From an uncultured delta proteobacterium (lineage in GTDB: Bacteria; Myxococcota_A; Polyangia; Polyangiales; B10-G4): a stretch of 64,000 nucleotides of DNA. Of this stretch, positions 36,457 through 46,000 are shown in pieces. Numbering within the stretch: position 1 is the first letter of the stretch; every line of letters begins with the position of its first letter. The stretch covers positions 96,001 through 160,000 of the forward strand of contig CAVSGI010000004.1 of the NCBI GenBank assembly GCA_963727445.1, written 5' to 3'. The translations under genes and the position numbers were made by a program. The notes below the pieces were generated by a model, which was not told where the DNA came from, did no database searches, and saw only the letters and a list, made by a program, of their open reading frames with translations.

Positions 36457-38783
36457 GCCCCGAGGCTGGCGACGAGAGCCCGGCGGAAGTCGGTGCTTCG
36501 AAGTCGTCGACGCGCGACGGCGACGGGCCACGCTTCAATCTCCGCTTCGAGGCGGGGCGGGGCTTTCTGCGTCTGTCTCGTCCCCTCGACGCTGGAGCGG
36601 GTCGCGCGGTCGCGCTCGACCTCGGCCTCGGTCACGTGCGTTTCCCCGTCGACGTGACCGGTGGCGCGTCGGTCTTTCGTCATCGGCGGACGAAGGTCCG
36701 CTCCGCCACCTTCCGAGTCGACATGGCCGACCTCGGGCGCGCCGCGCGGGCCCGCGGCGTCGGCCTCAGCATCGGCGACGCACCCGATGCCGTGGCCATC
36801 GGTTTGTCCGACGAGTTCGGGGCGGTGGGCCTGGACGTGGTTCCGCTGGTGCGAGGCCGCGACCTCTGCTTCTTCGTCCGCTCGCATCGCGCGGTGGACG
36901 ACGGCCCGGCCAATCCTTTTCGGCGGATCGTGCAGGCGGCGGCGGCGCTGGGCGTGGTCTTCGACCCCGACTCCGGCCTCTTCCGGCTGGAGCGACCGGC
37001 GCGCGCTCTGCTCGCGCGCGCGCTCGTGACGCGCGGCTATCGCCTCCCCGACGATCGCGGGGTGGAGCTCTCGGTCGTCTCGCGCGACGACGGCGTCTTC
37101 ACCCTCGAGCTCGGCCGCGCGCAGAGCTCCGCCGACGCGATCATCGAGGCCGCGGAGGCCGCGCGCATCGCCGCTCCCATCCTCCGTTGCCTGGCCGAGG
37201 ACGCGGTGGAAGACGCAGCCGACGAAGCGCTCGCGCTGGTGCGCCGGCTCGAAGAGCGGCGGTCGGTCGAGCCGTGGCTCGCCGCCCTGGCCCTCGAGGT
37301 CGCGCTCATGGTCGACGCCGAGCGCCCCGGTGCGGAAGCCGAGGTCCTCGCGACGCTGCGCGAGCGCGACGACGCCTTCTCAGCCGCTACCGCCGTCCGT
37401 CTCGCCCTTCGCCTGGACGATCGCGAAGCGGCCGCCGCGGCTCTGAAACGGATGATCCGCCTCGAGCCCCTCTCGGAGCTCGCCGCGGAGGGGCTCGCGC
37501 TCGTCTCCACCGAGCTCTCCGTGACCGACCCGAAGGCCGCGCTCTTGCTTGTGAGCCGTGCCGCCGCGCGCCGGCCGAACGATCCCCGCCTGGCGATCCA
37601 GCGGGTGGAGCTCGCGCGCCGGAGCGGCGACGTCGACGAGATCGAGAAGGCGGCCAAGAAGGCGCTCGGCGCGCCCCTGTCCTCGCGCGACCGGGCGCGG
37701 GTGGCGAGCGCGGCGGCGCAGGCCCTCGAGCGCCTCGACCACCGCGGCGACGCCGAGCGCCTCTATCGCGAGGCGCTCTTCGCTTCCCCCGATGATCCCT
37801 CCGCGCTCGAAGGTCTCGCGGGGCTCTTCGCGGCCCGCGGCGAACGCTCGGCCGCCGTGCTTCGCCTCGATCGCGCCGCCGCTGCGCATGCGGCCGCTGG
37901 CGATGGCCACGCGGCGGCTTCTGCGCTCCGGCGCGCCGCCGAGCTCCTCGGCCGCTCCGGCCGCGCCTCGGCCGCCGAGGAGCGTCTGGTTCGCGCCCTC
38001 GAGCACCACGACGATGATCCGGGGCTCTGCTGCTCCCTCGCCCACGTCCGCGCCGCGGTCGGTGACATCAGCGGTGCCTGCGCTGCGTACGACCGACTCC
38101 TCGCGCTCGAAGGTCGCGGGGGGGCGGGCGCCGTCCATGCTCTGGTCGAGGCGGCCTGCTTCTACTTCGACGACGCGGAAGACACCGAGGGCGCGCGCGC
38201 CTTCGTGGACATGCTCGCGCGCAAGGCGCCGAACGACTCGCGCCTCGGACCACTCCAACACCGTCTCGAGCGAGGGGATCGCACGGTCCCCGGCAGCGTG
38301 CCGGCGGCCGCGCGGCGCCGCACCGAATCGCTGCAGGACGAGGACGAGGTGGACGTGACCGAGGGCAACGTCGACGAGCTCGCCAACACGGAGCTCGTCG
38401 ACCTCGACGACGTCGAGGCCACCGTCGCGGGCGACGTGACCGATCCCGGAGGCGTCCCCACGGACCCCGATGCGCTCTCCACGCTCGAGGCGCGCACCGA
38501 GGAACCGGTGCAGCGGGCCGAGCTCGCCCGCGCCCTGTCCAACGCGCTTCGTCAGCGAGGCGAGGACGCCGAAGCGGCCCGCGCGCTCGCGCGGGCGGGC
38601 GTCTTGGATCGGGACATGTCGACGATCCGCGCGGCCCTCGATCTCGCGGAGAGGGCGGGCGCGAAATCGGCGGTGCGCGACATCGTCGACCGCGCGCTGA
38701 GCATCGTCGGCGAAGGGCCGGCGAAGGAGATGCTGATGCGTCGTCGGCGCGCCGCGGCGGGAGACCAAGAGGAGCAGGACTGA
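36453..38783 (+). CDS. TPR-like repeat protein
   Basis: 776 aa, start overlaps upstream stop; AERLYREAL..PDDPSALEGLA TPR-like units. Confidence 0.7.
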   Translation: MSPEAGDESPAEVGASKSSTRDGDGPRFNLRFEAGRGFLRLSRPLDAGAGRAVALDLGLGHVRFPVDVTGGASVFRHRRTKVRSATFRVDMADLGRAARARGVGLSIGDAPDAVAIGLSDEFGAVGLDVVPLVRGRDLCFFVRSHRAVDDGPANPFRRIVQAAAALGVVFDPDSGLFRLERPARALLARALVTRGYRLPDDRGVELSVVSRDDGVFTLELGRAQSSADAIIEAAEAARIAAPILRCLAEDAVEDAADEALALVRRLEERRSVEPWLAALALEVALMVDAERPGAEAEVLATLRERDDAFSAATAVRLALRLDDREAAAAALKRMIRLEPLSELAAEGLALVSTELSVTDPKAALLLVSRAAARRPNDPRLAIQRVELARRSGDVDEIEKAAKKALGAPLSSRDRARVASAAAQALERLDHRGDAERLYREALFASPDDPSALEGLAGLFAARGERSAAVLRLDRAAAAHAAAGDGHAAASALRRAAELLGRSGRASAAEERLVRALEHHDDDPGLCCSLAHVRAAVGDISGACAAYDRLLALEGRGGAGAVHALVEAACFYFDDAEDTEGARAFVDMLARKAPNDSRLGPLQHRLERGDRTVPGSVPAAARRRTESLQDEDEVDVTEGNVDELANTELVDLDDVEATVAGDVTDPGGVPTDPDALSTLEARTEEPVQRAELARALSNALRQRGEDAEAARALARAGVLDRDMSTIRAALDLAERAGAKSAVRDIVDRALSIVGEGPAKEMLMRRRRAAAGDQEEQD

Positions 38784-38785
38784 AC

Positions 38786-40336
38786 GTGGGCGGGCGCTGG
38801 CGTTTCGCGCTCACTCTCCTCGTCCTCCCGGTCGGCGCGTGCGGCGCCCGGACGGAGCTGTCCACGGGAGGCGGGGAGTCGCCGCCCGACGCCGCGGTGA
38901 TGGACGCGGCGCTCCGCGACTCTTCCGCTGATTCGCTGGTCGACAGCGCGCCCGACACGCGGCCAAGTCGGGTGGACAGCGCTGTCTCGCCCGATGGCGG
39001 GGTCGTCCCCTGCGCCGCCGATCGCGAATGCGAGACCGGCACCAACTGTCAGGCCGACATCGCCTTTCTGGGAGAGGACCTCGAGCCGGTGCCCCTGATC
39101 TGCGAGCGCTTCTATCCGGGCGCCATGGACGGCGCGCTCTGTGACGAGGCGGCCGACTGCAACCGCGGCCTCTGCGTCGTGGCCGGGAGCTGCGTCGCCC
39201 CCTGCATCGACGACGGCGACTGTGGTGCGAACGAACGATGCACGCGCGTCCTGGCGAGAACCGGTGCGCTCTCGCTTCAGCCCTACGACGGCTGCGTGGC
39301 GATCCACGATGCGCCCGACGACGTGCGGGTCTCGGTCGAGGTTCTGCCGGGTGCGCTCCGCCGGCGCCGGAGCGAGATCTCCCTCGATCGCCTCGACACG
39401 ATGGGACCCACGACGTGGGTGATCGACGCGACCCCCGATCTCGCCATTGCACCCTCGATGCTGGTCGATCCGACGGGCGCGGTGCTCTTCGACGTCGGCG
39501 TCATCGACTTCGATTCCGCCCCGCCCATCAATCCCGTCGTGCCCAGCGCGCATGGGACCTTCACCGTCCTCGTGCCCAACTCCTCCCGCGTCGTCCCACC
39601 CGGGATGCGCTACGTCGTCACGGCGCGCGCCGAGACCACGAGCGACGCGCGCGTGGTGACGTTCGGGGTCGACAATCGTGTGCGCCGCCGCGTCGATCTC
39701 GACCTGTACTACGTCGGAGGCGGCGACCTCCGGCCTTCGGGGAGCCGCGGCCCGCGCCTGGTCGCTCGAGGGCTGAGCGAGGTCGAGCGCCTGCTCGACA
39801 TCGAGATCGTGAACGTGCGGCAGCACGCGGTGGTGGGCGGGACGCGCGCGGCGCTCTCCATCCTCGAAGAGACGTCGGACGAGGAGCTGCCCGAGCTCGG
39901 CGAGCTCCTGCGCCTCTCCGCCGGCGCCGCGCGGCCGTCGGTCGACGTCTTCTTCGTCCGCCGGTCGGGGAGCGCGCTCGGGGTGAGCGGCGGGATCCCC
40001 GGTCCGGGACCGATGCACGGCACGGACGCGTCGGGCATCAGCATCGCCGTGGACCTGCTGCGCCCCTCGGGCCTGAGCCTCGGCCGGGTCCTCGCCCACG
40101 AGCTGGGACATCACCTCGGCCTGTTTCACACCTCCGAGAGGGTCGGGCTGGTCCTCGAGCCCATCGCGGACACCCCGGAGTGCCGCCTCGTGAGCGACGC
40201 GGACGGCGACGGATACCTGAGCGACACCGAATGCAGCGGCTTCGGCGCGGACAACCTGATGTTCTGGTCGGGCGACGGCGAAGCGATTTCGGACGACCAG
40301 CGCGCCGTGATTCACCGCGCCGTTGTCGCCTATTGA
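38786..40336 (+). CDS. Cys-rich lipoprotein metalloprotease (metzincin, M43-like) 1
   Basis: Lipobox VGAC; Cys-rich EB-like repeats; AHELGHHLGLFH, DTP, Met-turn NLMFW. Confidence 0.8.
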   Translation: MGGRWRFALTLLVLPVGACGARTELSTGGGESPPDAAVMDAALRDSSADSLVDSAPDTRPSRVDSAVSPDGGVVPCAADRECETGTNCQADIAFLGEDLEPVPLICERFYPGAMDGALCDEAADCNRGLCVVAGSCVAPCIDDGDCGANERCTRVLARTGALSLQPYDGCVAIHDAPDDVRVSVEVLPGALRRRRSEISLDRLDTMGPTTWVIDATPDLAIAPSMLVDPTGAVLFDVGVIDFDSAPPINPVVPSAHGTFTVLVPNSSRVVPPGMRYVVTARAETTSDARVVTFGVDNRVRRRVDLDLYYVGGGDLRPSGSRGPRLVARGLSEVERLLDIEIVNVRQHAVVGGTRAALSILEETSDEELPELGELLRLSAGAARPSVDVFFVRRSGSALGVSGGIPGPGPMHGTDASGISIAVDLLRPSGLSLGRVLAHELGHHLGLFHTSERVGLVLEPIADTPECRLVSDADGDGYLSDTECSGFGADNLMFWSGDGEAISDDQRAVIHRAVVAY

Positions 40337-40359
40337 GGCGGCTGTGCCATGATCATCCC

Positions 40360-41802
40360 GTGCGCGCCGCTCTCTTGGTGATCCTCGCCCTCATCGGCTG
40401 CGACGACGAGCCGGCATTCGTGCGCTACGAGATCCCGCATCGGCCGAGTGTCGACTGCGCCCCGGTGGAGACCGCCGGTGAGTGCGCGCGTGATCTCGAT
40501 TGCGCGTCGACCATGATCTGCGGGCGCGACCCCTCGGTTGCTCCCACGGATCTCGTCTCCGTCACCCTCGCCTGTCAGTCGCCCGGCCTCGGCGGAGGTC
40601 CTGGGACGGCGTGCACCGACGGCCGCGGGTGTGCTCACGGGCTCTGCGTGGCGGCGGGCAGCTGTGTCGCCCCCTGCGCAGACGCGCGCGATTGCGGCGT
40701 GGGCCAGCGCTGCGCGGCGCTGTGGGTGCGGAGCGCGGAGGAGGCTTTCGAGCGCGCGCGCGGATGCGTCGACGTGGTCACCGCGCCCGCGAACGTCACG
40801 GTGGTGCGGAGCGCGATCGACGCGGTGGAGTGGTCGCGGGGGCGCACGACGCTGCTCTTCGGAGGCGGCGCCCGGCAGGTGGTGATCGTCCCCTCCTGCG
40901 GCGCCGAAGCCCTCGCCACCTCACTCGCCACCCGCGCCAATCCGCCGGCCCTCCGCTTCGATTACGGGACCGCGACCGCCGGCGCGTCGCAGCGCACCTG
41001 GATCGAGGAGAGCGCGAGCCCCATCGGTCTGCTCGTGCCCAACGGCGGCGCCCCCGCGCCGGCGGAGGGGCTGACGCTCGAGCTACAGACCGAAGGCGAG
41101 GGAGGGGCGGAGGTGATCGAGCTGTCGCGTACCACGCCGGGCACCAACGTCGACGTCGATCTCTTCTACGTCGGCGGTGGCGGCTGGGCGCCCGAGGGAA
41201 CGCGCGGGCCGCGAGAGGTGGCCGCGGCGATCGACTACCTCGATTCGCGCCTCGCCGAGATGGGGCTCGCGGTCGGCGAGGTGCGCCAGCACGCGATCAC
41301 CGGCGGCCTTCGCGCCCGTTTCGCCGTGCTCTCGACCGGCCTGCGCCCATCCGAAGAGGACGAGCGGGGGGCGCTCTTCGCGCTCTCTGCCGGCGCGCGT
41401 GGCCCCTCGCTTCCCATCTTCCTCGTCCGCACGGTGGTCGGCGCGCTCGGACGCAGCGGCGGGGTGCCCGGTCCCGCGGGCGTTCACGGAACGACCGGAT
41501 CGGGGATCGTGCTCGGGCCCGATCTCGTCAGCTCGAACTCGACCTTCCAGCGCGCCCTCGCGCACGAGTCGCTCCACTATCTCGGGCTCTTCCACACCAC
41601 GGAAGCGACCGGCGTCGTCAAGGACACGATCGACGACACGCCGGTGTGTCCCCTCGAACGCGACACCGACGGCGACGGGATCCTCAGCGCCGAAGAATGC
41701 GCGGGCGCGGGCGGCGACAACCTGATGTTCTGGGCCCTCGAAGGCGAAGCGCTGAGCGCGGGTCAGGCCGCCGTCGTCGGCGCCGGCTACGTGGGGCTCT
41801 AG
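40360..41802 (+). CDS. Cys-rich lipoprotein metalloprotease (metzincin, M43-like) 2, paralog
   Basis: VRAALLVILALIGC lipobox; CAHGLCVAAGSCVAPC; AHESLHYLGLFH, DTP, NLMFW. Confidence 0.8.
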   Translation: MRAALLVILALIGCDDEPAFVRYEIPHRPSVDCAPVETAGECARDLDCASTMICGRDPSVAPTDLVSVTLACQSPGLGGGPGTACTDGRGCAHGLCVAAGSCVAPCADARDCGVGQRCAALWVRSAEEAFERARGCVDVVTAPANVTVVRSAIDAVEWSRGRTTLLFGGGARQVVIVPSCGAEALATSLATRANPPALRFDYGTATAGASQRTWIEESASPIGLLVPNGGAPAPAEGLTLELQTEGEGGAEVIELSRTTPGTNVDVDLFYVGGGGWAPEGTRGPREVAAAIDYLDSRLAEMGLAVGEVRQHAITGGLRARFAVLSTGLRPSEEDERGALFALSAGARGPSLPIFLVRTVVGALGRSGGVPGPAGVHGTTGSGIVLGPDLVSSNSTFQRALAHESLHYLGLFHTTEATGVVKDTIDDTPVCPLERDTDGDGILSAEECAGAGGDNLMFWALEGEALSAGQAAVVGAGYVGL

Positions 41803-41812
41803 GTCCATGGGT

Positions 41813-42424
41813 CTAGGGCATCTCGACGCGCAACGATCGGGTCAGGGTCTCGACGACCTCGGTGTGTTGATCCGGCGGATCGGTGAGCTCGATGAAGACG
41901 GTGACGGTGCGGCGGTTCAGCGCGAAGGTGAAGACCTCGGTGTGGACGATGGCGCCGTTGCGCGTGCGGTAGATGATTCGACGGCCGGGAGGCTCGCCGA
42001 TGACGAAGGGGCGCGCGGGCGCGTCGGCGTCCGCGATGATCTCCCCGCGCTGTCCGGCGCCTTCGCGGGCGTTGACGAGCTGAAGTCGCTGCGCCTCTTC
42101 CGGCGGCACCACGTCCGGGCTGGAGATGACCGTGAAGACGACGCCGCTCGGAAGTGTCACCCGGGAGGAGGCGATGCCCTGGGTGACGGTCTCCTCGTAT
42201 TCGCCGCCCACCAGCTCGGCGTAGGAGATCCCACCCGATGCGTGGCGCGGCCCCTGTGGCGGATCCGGGAGCTCCTCCTCTTCGGCTCGCGGCGCTTCAG
42301 GCGTTTCAGGCGCCTCGGCGGGCGCTTCTCTGGTGGGGGCTGTGGGGGCCCTCGAGGATTCGGAGCATCCCCCGACCCAGATGGTCGTGGACACGAACAA
42401 TGTGATGACGTATTTCTTGATCAT
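41813..42424 (-). CDS. Hypothetical lipoprotein
   Basis: MIKKYVITLFVSTTIWVGGC signal/lipobox; Pro/Glu linker. Confidence 0.65.
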   Translation of the reverse strand: MIKKYVITLFVSTTIWVGGCSESSRAPTAPTREAPAEAPETPEAPRAEEEELPDPPQGPRHASGGISYAELVGGEYEETVTQGIASSRVTLPSGVVFTVISSPDVVPPEEAQRLQLVNAREGAGQRGEIIADADAPARPFVIGEPPGRRIIYRTRNGAIVHTEVFTFALNRRTVTVFIELTDPPDQHTEVVETLTRSLRVEMP

Positions 42425-42428
42425 CCAG

Positions 42429-42884
42429 ATGGGTGGAGGCGGGCGAGACGATGGGGCGGAGGAGCGTGAAGCCTATCTGAATCTCGTTCGGACACACGAG
42501 AGACTGAACAGAGATCTCGCACGCTTCTTCGAGGAGCGTGGAACCACCCACCAGCAATACCGGGTGCTCGCCGTTCTGTTCGAGAACGAACGCGAGGAAG
42601 GGCTCTCCTGTCAGGAGATCGGTGAACGGATGGTCAACCACGTCCCCGACGTGACGCGGCTGCTCGACCGTCTCGAAAGAGCAGGCCTGGTGGCGCGTGC
42701 GCGCTGCAAGCGCGACCGCCGGGTCGTCCGCAGCCGGCTCACCATCAAGGGAAAGACCCTCGTCGAGCGCACCGAGAAGCCCCTCGCGGACGCGCAGCGC
42801 GCGCTCCTCGGTGGGCTCACCGAGAACGAGCTCCGCACCCTGCGGATGCTGCTCGAAAAGACGTCGAGCGACAGCGGCGACTGA
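42429..42884 (+). CDS. MarR-family transcriptional regulator
   Basis: QYRVLAVL, EIGERM..PDVTRLLDRLERAGLV.R..DRRVV..LT.KG. Confidence 0.92.
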   Translation: MGGGGRDDGAEEREAYLNLVRTHERLNRDLARFFEERGTTHQQYRVLAVLFENEREEGLSCQEIGERMVNHVPDVTRLLDRLERAGLVARARCKRDRRVVRSRLTIKGKTLVERTEKPLADAQRALLGGLTENELRTLRMLLEKTSSDSGD

Positions 42885-43039
42885 CGCCCCCGCCCGCCTC
42901 CTGCCGGCACGCCCAGACAGCGCGATTCAGCCGTGATCCGCGGCGACTTCCCCTGTTATCCTCGCCAGTCCGGCGGGACGGCGGGGAGGTTCCACCGGGT
43001 GAGTTGGCGGCGATCTCAGAGATCAGGAGCGGATGACAG

Positions 43040-46000
43040 ATGGCGGACGAGGCGCTCACAGAGGCGATCGAAAACGCGCGCGCGAACCCTTCCGACGAGG
43101 ATGCATGGGACGCGTTGGAAGATCTGGCAGCGGATAGTCAGAGCCCGGACGAAGTGGCCGAGCTCTACCGCGACGTGATCTCGGGAGACATCGAGCCGGC
43201 GCTGGCGGCGACTCTCGGTCAACGCGCGATGAACTTTCTCGAGGAGTGGTTCGGGGAAGACTCGCCGCATCTGGTCCAGATCCTCGACACGGTCCTGTCG
43301 AAGGATCCGTCGGCGGACTGGGCGTTCCAGCGCCTCACCGTCGTCCACACCGCGGCCGGTCGCTTCGACGATCTCCTGGCCCTCTACGACCGCGCGCTCG
43401 CCGCAGCCGCCGACGACGACGCGCGCGCGGCGCTCCTCGACGAGGCCGCCAACGTCGCCAAGGACTTCGCCGGCGACTCGGTCCGCGCCATCGGCTACAT
43501 GAAGCAGCTCCTTCCTCTGAAGAAGAAGGACAAGAGCCTCGCCTCGGCTCTCGAGCGCCTCCTCGAAAAGGAAGGTCAGTGGACCGACCTGATCGAGTTC
43601 TGGAACGGCCGCATCGGCGACCTCGAGAAGAAGGCCGACGTCTTCGCGACGCACGAGCGCATCGCCGCCTGCTATCTCGACAACCTCCACCAGCCTGGCA
43701 GCGCGCTCGCGGAGATCGAAACGCTCCTCGAGGCCGGCGGGGGAGGCGACGGCGTCATCGAAGTGCTCGAACGCATCGGGCGCAGCGAGGACGCCGACGA
43801 CACGGTTCGCACCAGCGCTCTCGAGCGCCTGAAGGAACAGTACGAGGCCGCCGGTCGCACCGAGGACGTGGTGCGCATCCTGGGCGAGGCGCTCGAGATC
43901 GCGGGCACCGAGGAGCGCGTGGAGCTGCATCGAGAGGCGGCCGAGCAGCTCGCCGAGGCAGGGAACCTCGAGCAGGCCTTCGGCCATTTCGAGAAGCTCA
44001 TCGCCCTCGATCCGACGGCGCAGGACGCCCTCGAGTCGCTACGCAAATGGGCCGAATCCCTCGATGCGCACGCCCGATTCGCCGATGCCCTCGGCGCAGC
44101 CGCCGACGAGAGTGAAGAGGCGGAGCCGCGCATCGCGCTGCGGGTGGAGGCGGCCGACATCCGCCGCACCAAGCTCGGCCAGGTCGAGGAGTCCATCGCG
44201 CTCTACCAAAAGGTGCTGGGTGAGGCGGAGGCGTCGGACGCGATCGTGCTCAAGGTGGCGCGCCGCCTCAACGACCTGCTCGCCACCGCGGGCCGCATCG
44301 AGGAGCGGCTCACCGTTCTCGAGCGCCTCTCCGCCATCGAGCCCGAGGCCGCGGACCGACGCGCCATCGTCGGCCAGGTCGCGCGCGCGGCGTACGAGCT
44401 CGGCGACGTCGACCGCGCCATCGCTTCCTGGCAGCGACGCCTCGCGGAAGACGCCTCGGACTTCGAAGCGCTCGACGCGATGGTCGACATCCTCGAGCGC
44501 GAGGAGCGCTACGCCGAGTTGGTCGAGGTGCTCCGAAAGCGAGCGGCGGCCGCGTCCGCGGCGTTCCGTCGTCGCGCGGACCTCGTGCGCATCGCACGGG
44601 TGCAGCGCGGGGAGCTCTCCGACGTCGACGGCGCCATCGCCACCTGGTCGAGCGTCGCCGAAGAGTTCGGTGAAGATCCGGAGACTGTCGACGCCCTCGC
44701 CGAGCTGCTGAGCACGGCGAGCCGCTGGAACGACGTCTCGGAGCTTCTCGGGCGCGCCGCCGACCGCGAGGCCGATCACGTCGCCAGCATCTACGCGCGC
44801 ATCGGCAACGTGCAGCGCGAGCAGATGGGCGAGCTCGCCCACGCGACCGAGGCGTACGCCAGCGCGCTGCGCATCGATCCGGGGTTTGCACCCGCGCGCG
44901 AAGGTCTCGCGGCGCTTCTCGAGGTCGAGGAGCTGCGCGGGCCCGCGGCCGAGGCGCTGGCTGCGGCCTACGGCCTGACCGACGAGTGGCAGGCGAAGCT
45001 CGACCTGCTCCAGTACCGTCTGGCCGCGGCGGACTCGGACATGAGCCGCGTTCGCCTCTATCGCGAAGCCGCCAAGATCCAGGAAGAGCGCGCCGAGGAC
45101 CTCGGCGCTGCGCTCACCTCGATGCGTCACGCGATGGCCCTCGCGCCGGAGCTGCGAGACATCGAAGGCGACGTCTTCCGCCTGGCCGAGGCGACCGGAC
45201 AGTGGATGATCGCCGTCGAGGCCATCCGTGACGCGGTGGAGCGTCTCGGCGAGGACGCCGCGCGCTCGCGCTACCTGCGCTTCTGGGAGGGTCGCCTCGT
45301 CGAAGAGCATCTGGACGATGCCGAAGGGGCGCTCGCGGCTTTCGGCAAGGTCTTCGACGCCGAGCCGACGCGAGTGGACGCCGCGGTGGCGGTGGTGCGC
45401 ACCGCAGGCAAGGCGGGCCGCTGGGGCCGCGCCGCCGAGGCGCTCGTGAAGGCGAGCCGTGCCGACAAGAAGATCCCCGACGAAGTGCGCGAGGCCGTGG
45501 AGACCGCGGCCGCGGATTCGGGAGCGTGGGGCGAGATCGCGTCGGCTCTCGAAGGCTCGGTGGGAAGCGCCGAGGGCATTCAGTCGCGCCTCGCGCGTCA
45601 GCTCGAGGTGCTCGCCGCCGAATGGCACGAGAATCGTCGCGAAGATCAGGACTCGGCGCAGGCTGCCTACGCGCGCGCCGTCAAGCACGACGACGCGGAC
45701 ATCGCCACCCTGACCGAGCTCGCCCGTCTTCAGCGTCGCATCGGCGGCCGTCCGCTCTTCGACACGCTGATGCGAATGGCCGACCTCGTCGAGGAGGACT
45801 TGAATCCCCTCCGCGAAGCGACGGAGATCGCGCTCGGCGGTGGCGTCGAGGATCCCGCGCTCGCGCTCCGGACGACGGAGCGCCTCTACCGCGAGGGCAC
45901 GCGGCTCTGGCGCCGCGGCGCGACGACCGCGGGTGAGGCACAGCCCGAGGAGACGACGCGCTGGGCGCTCGATCAGCTGGTGCAGATCCACGAGCGCGAT

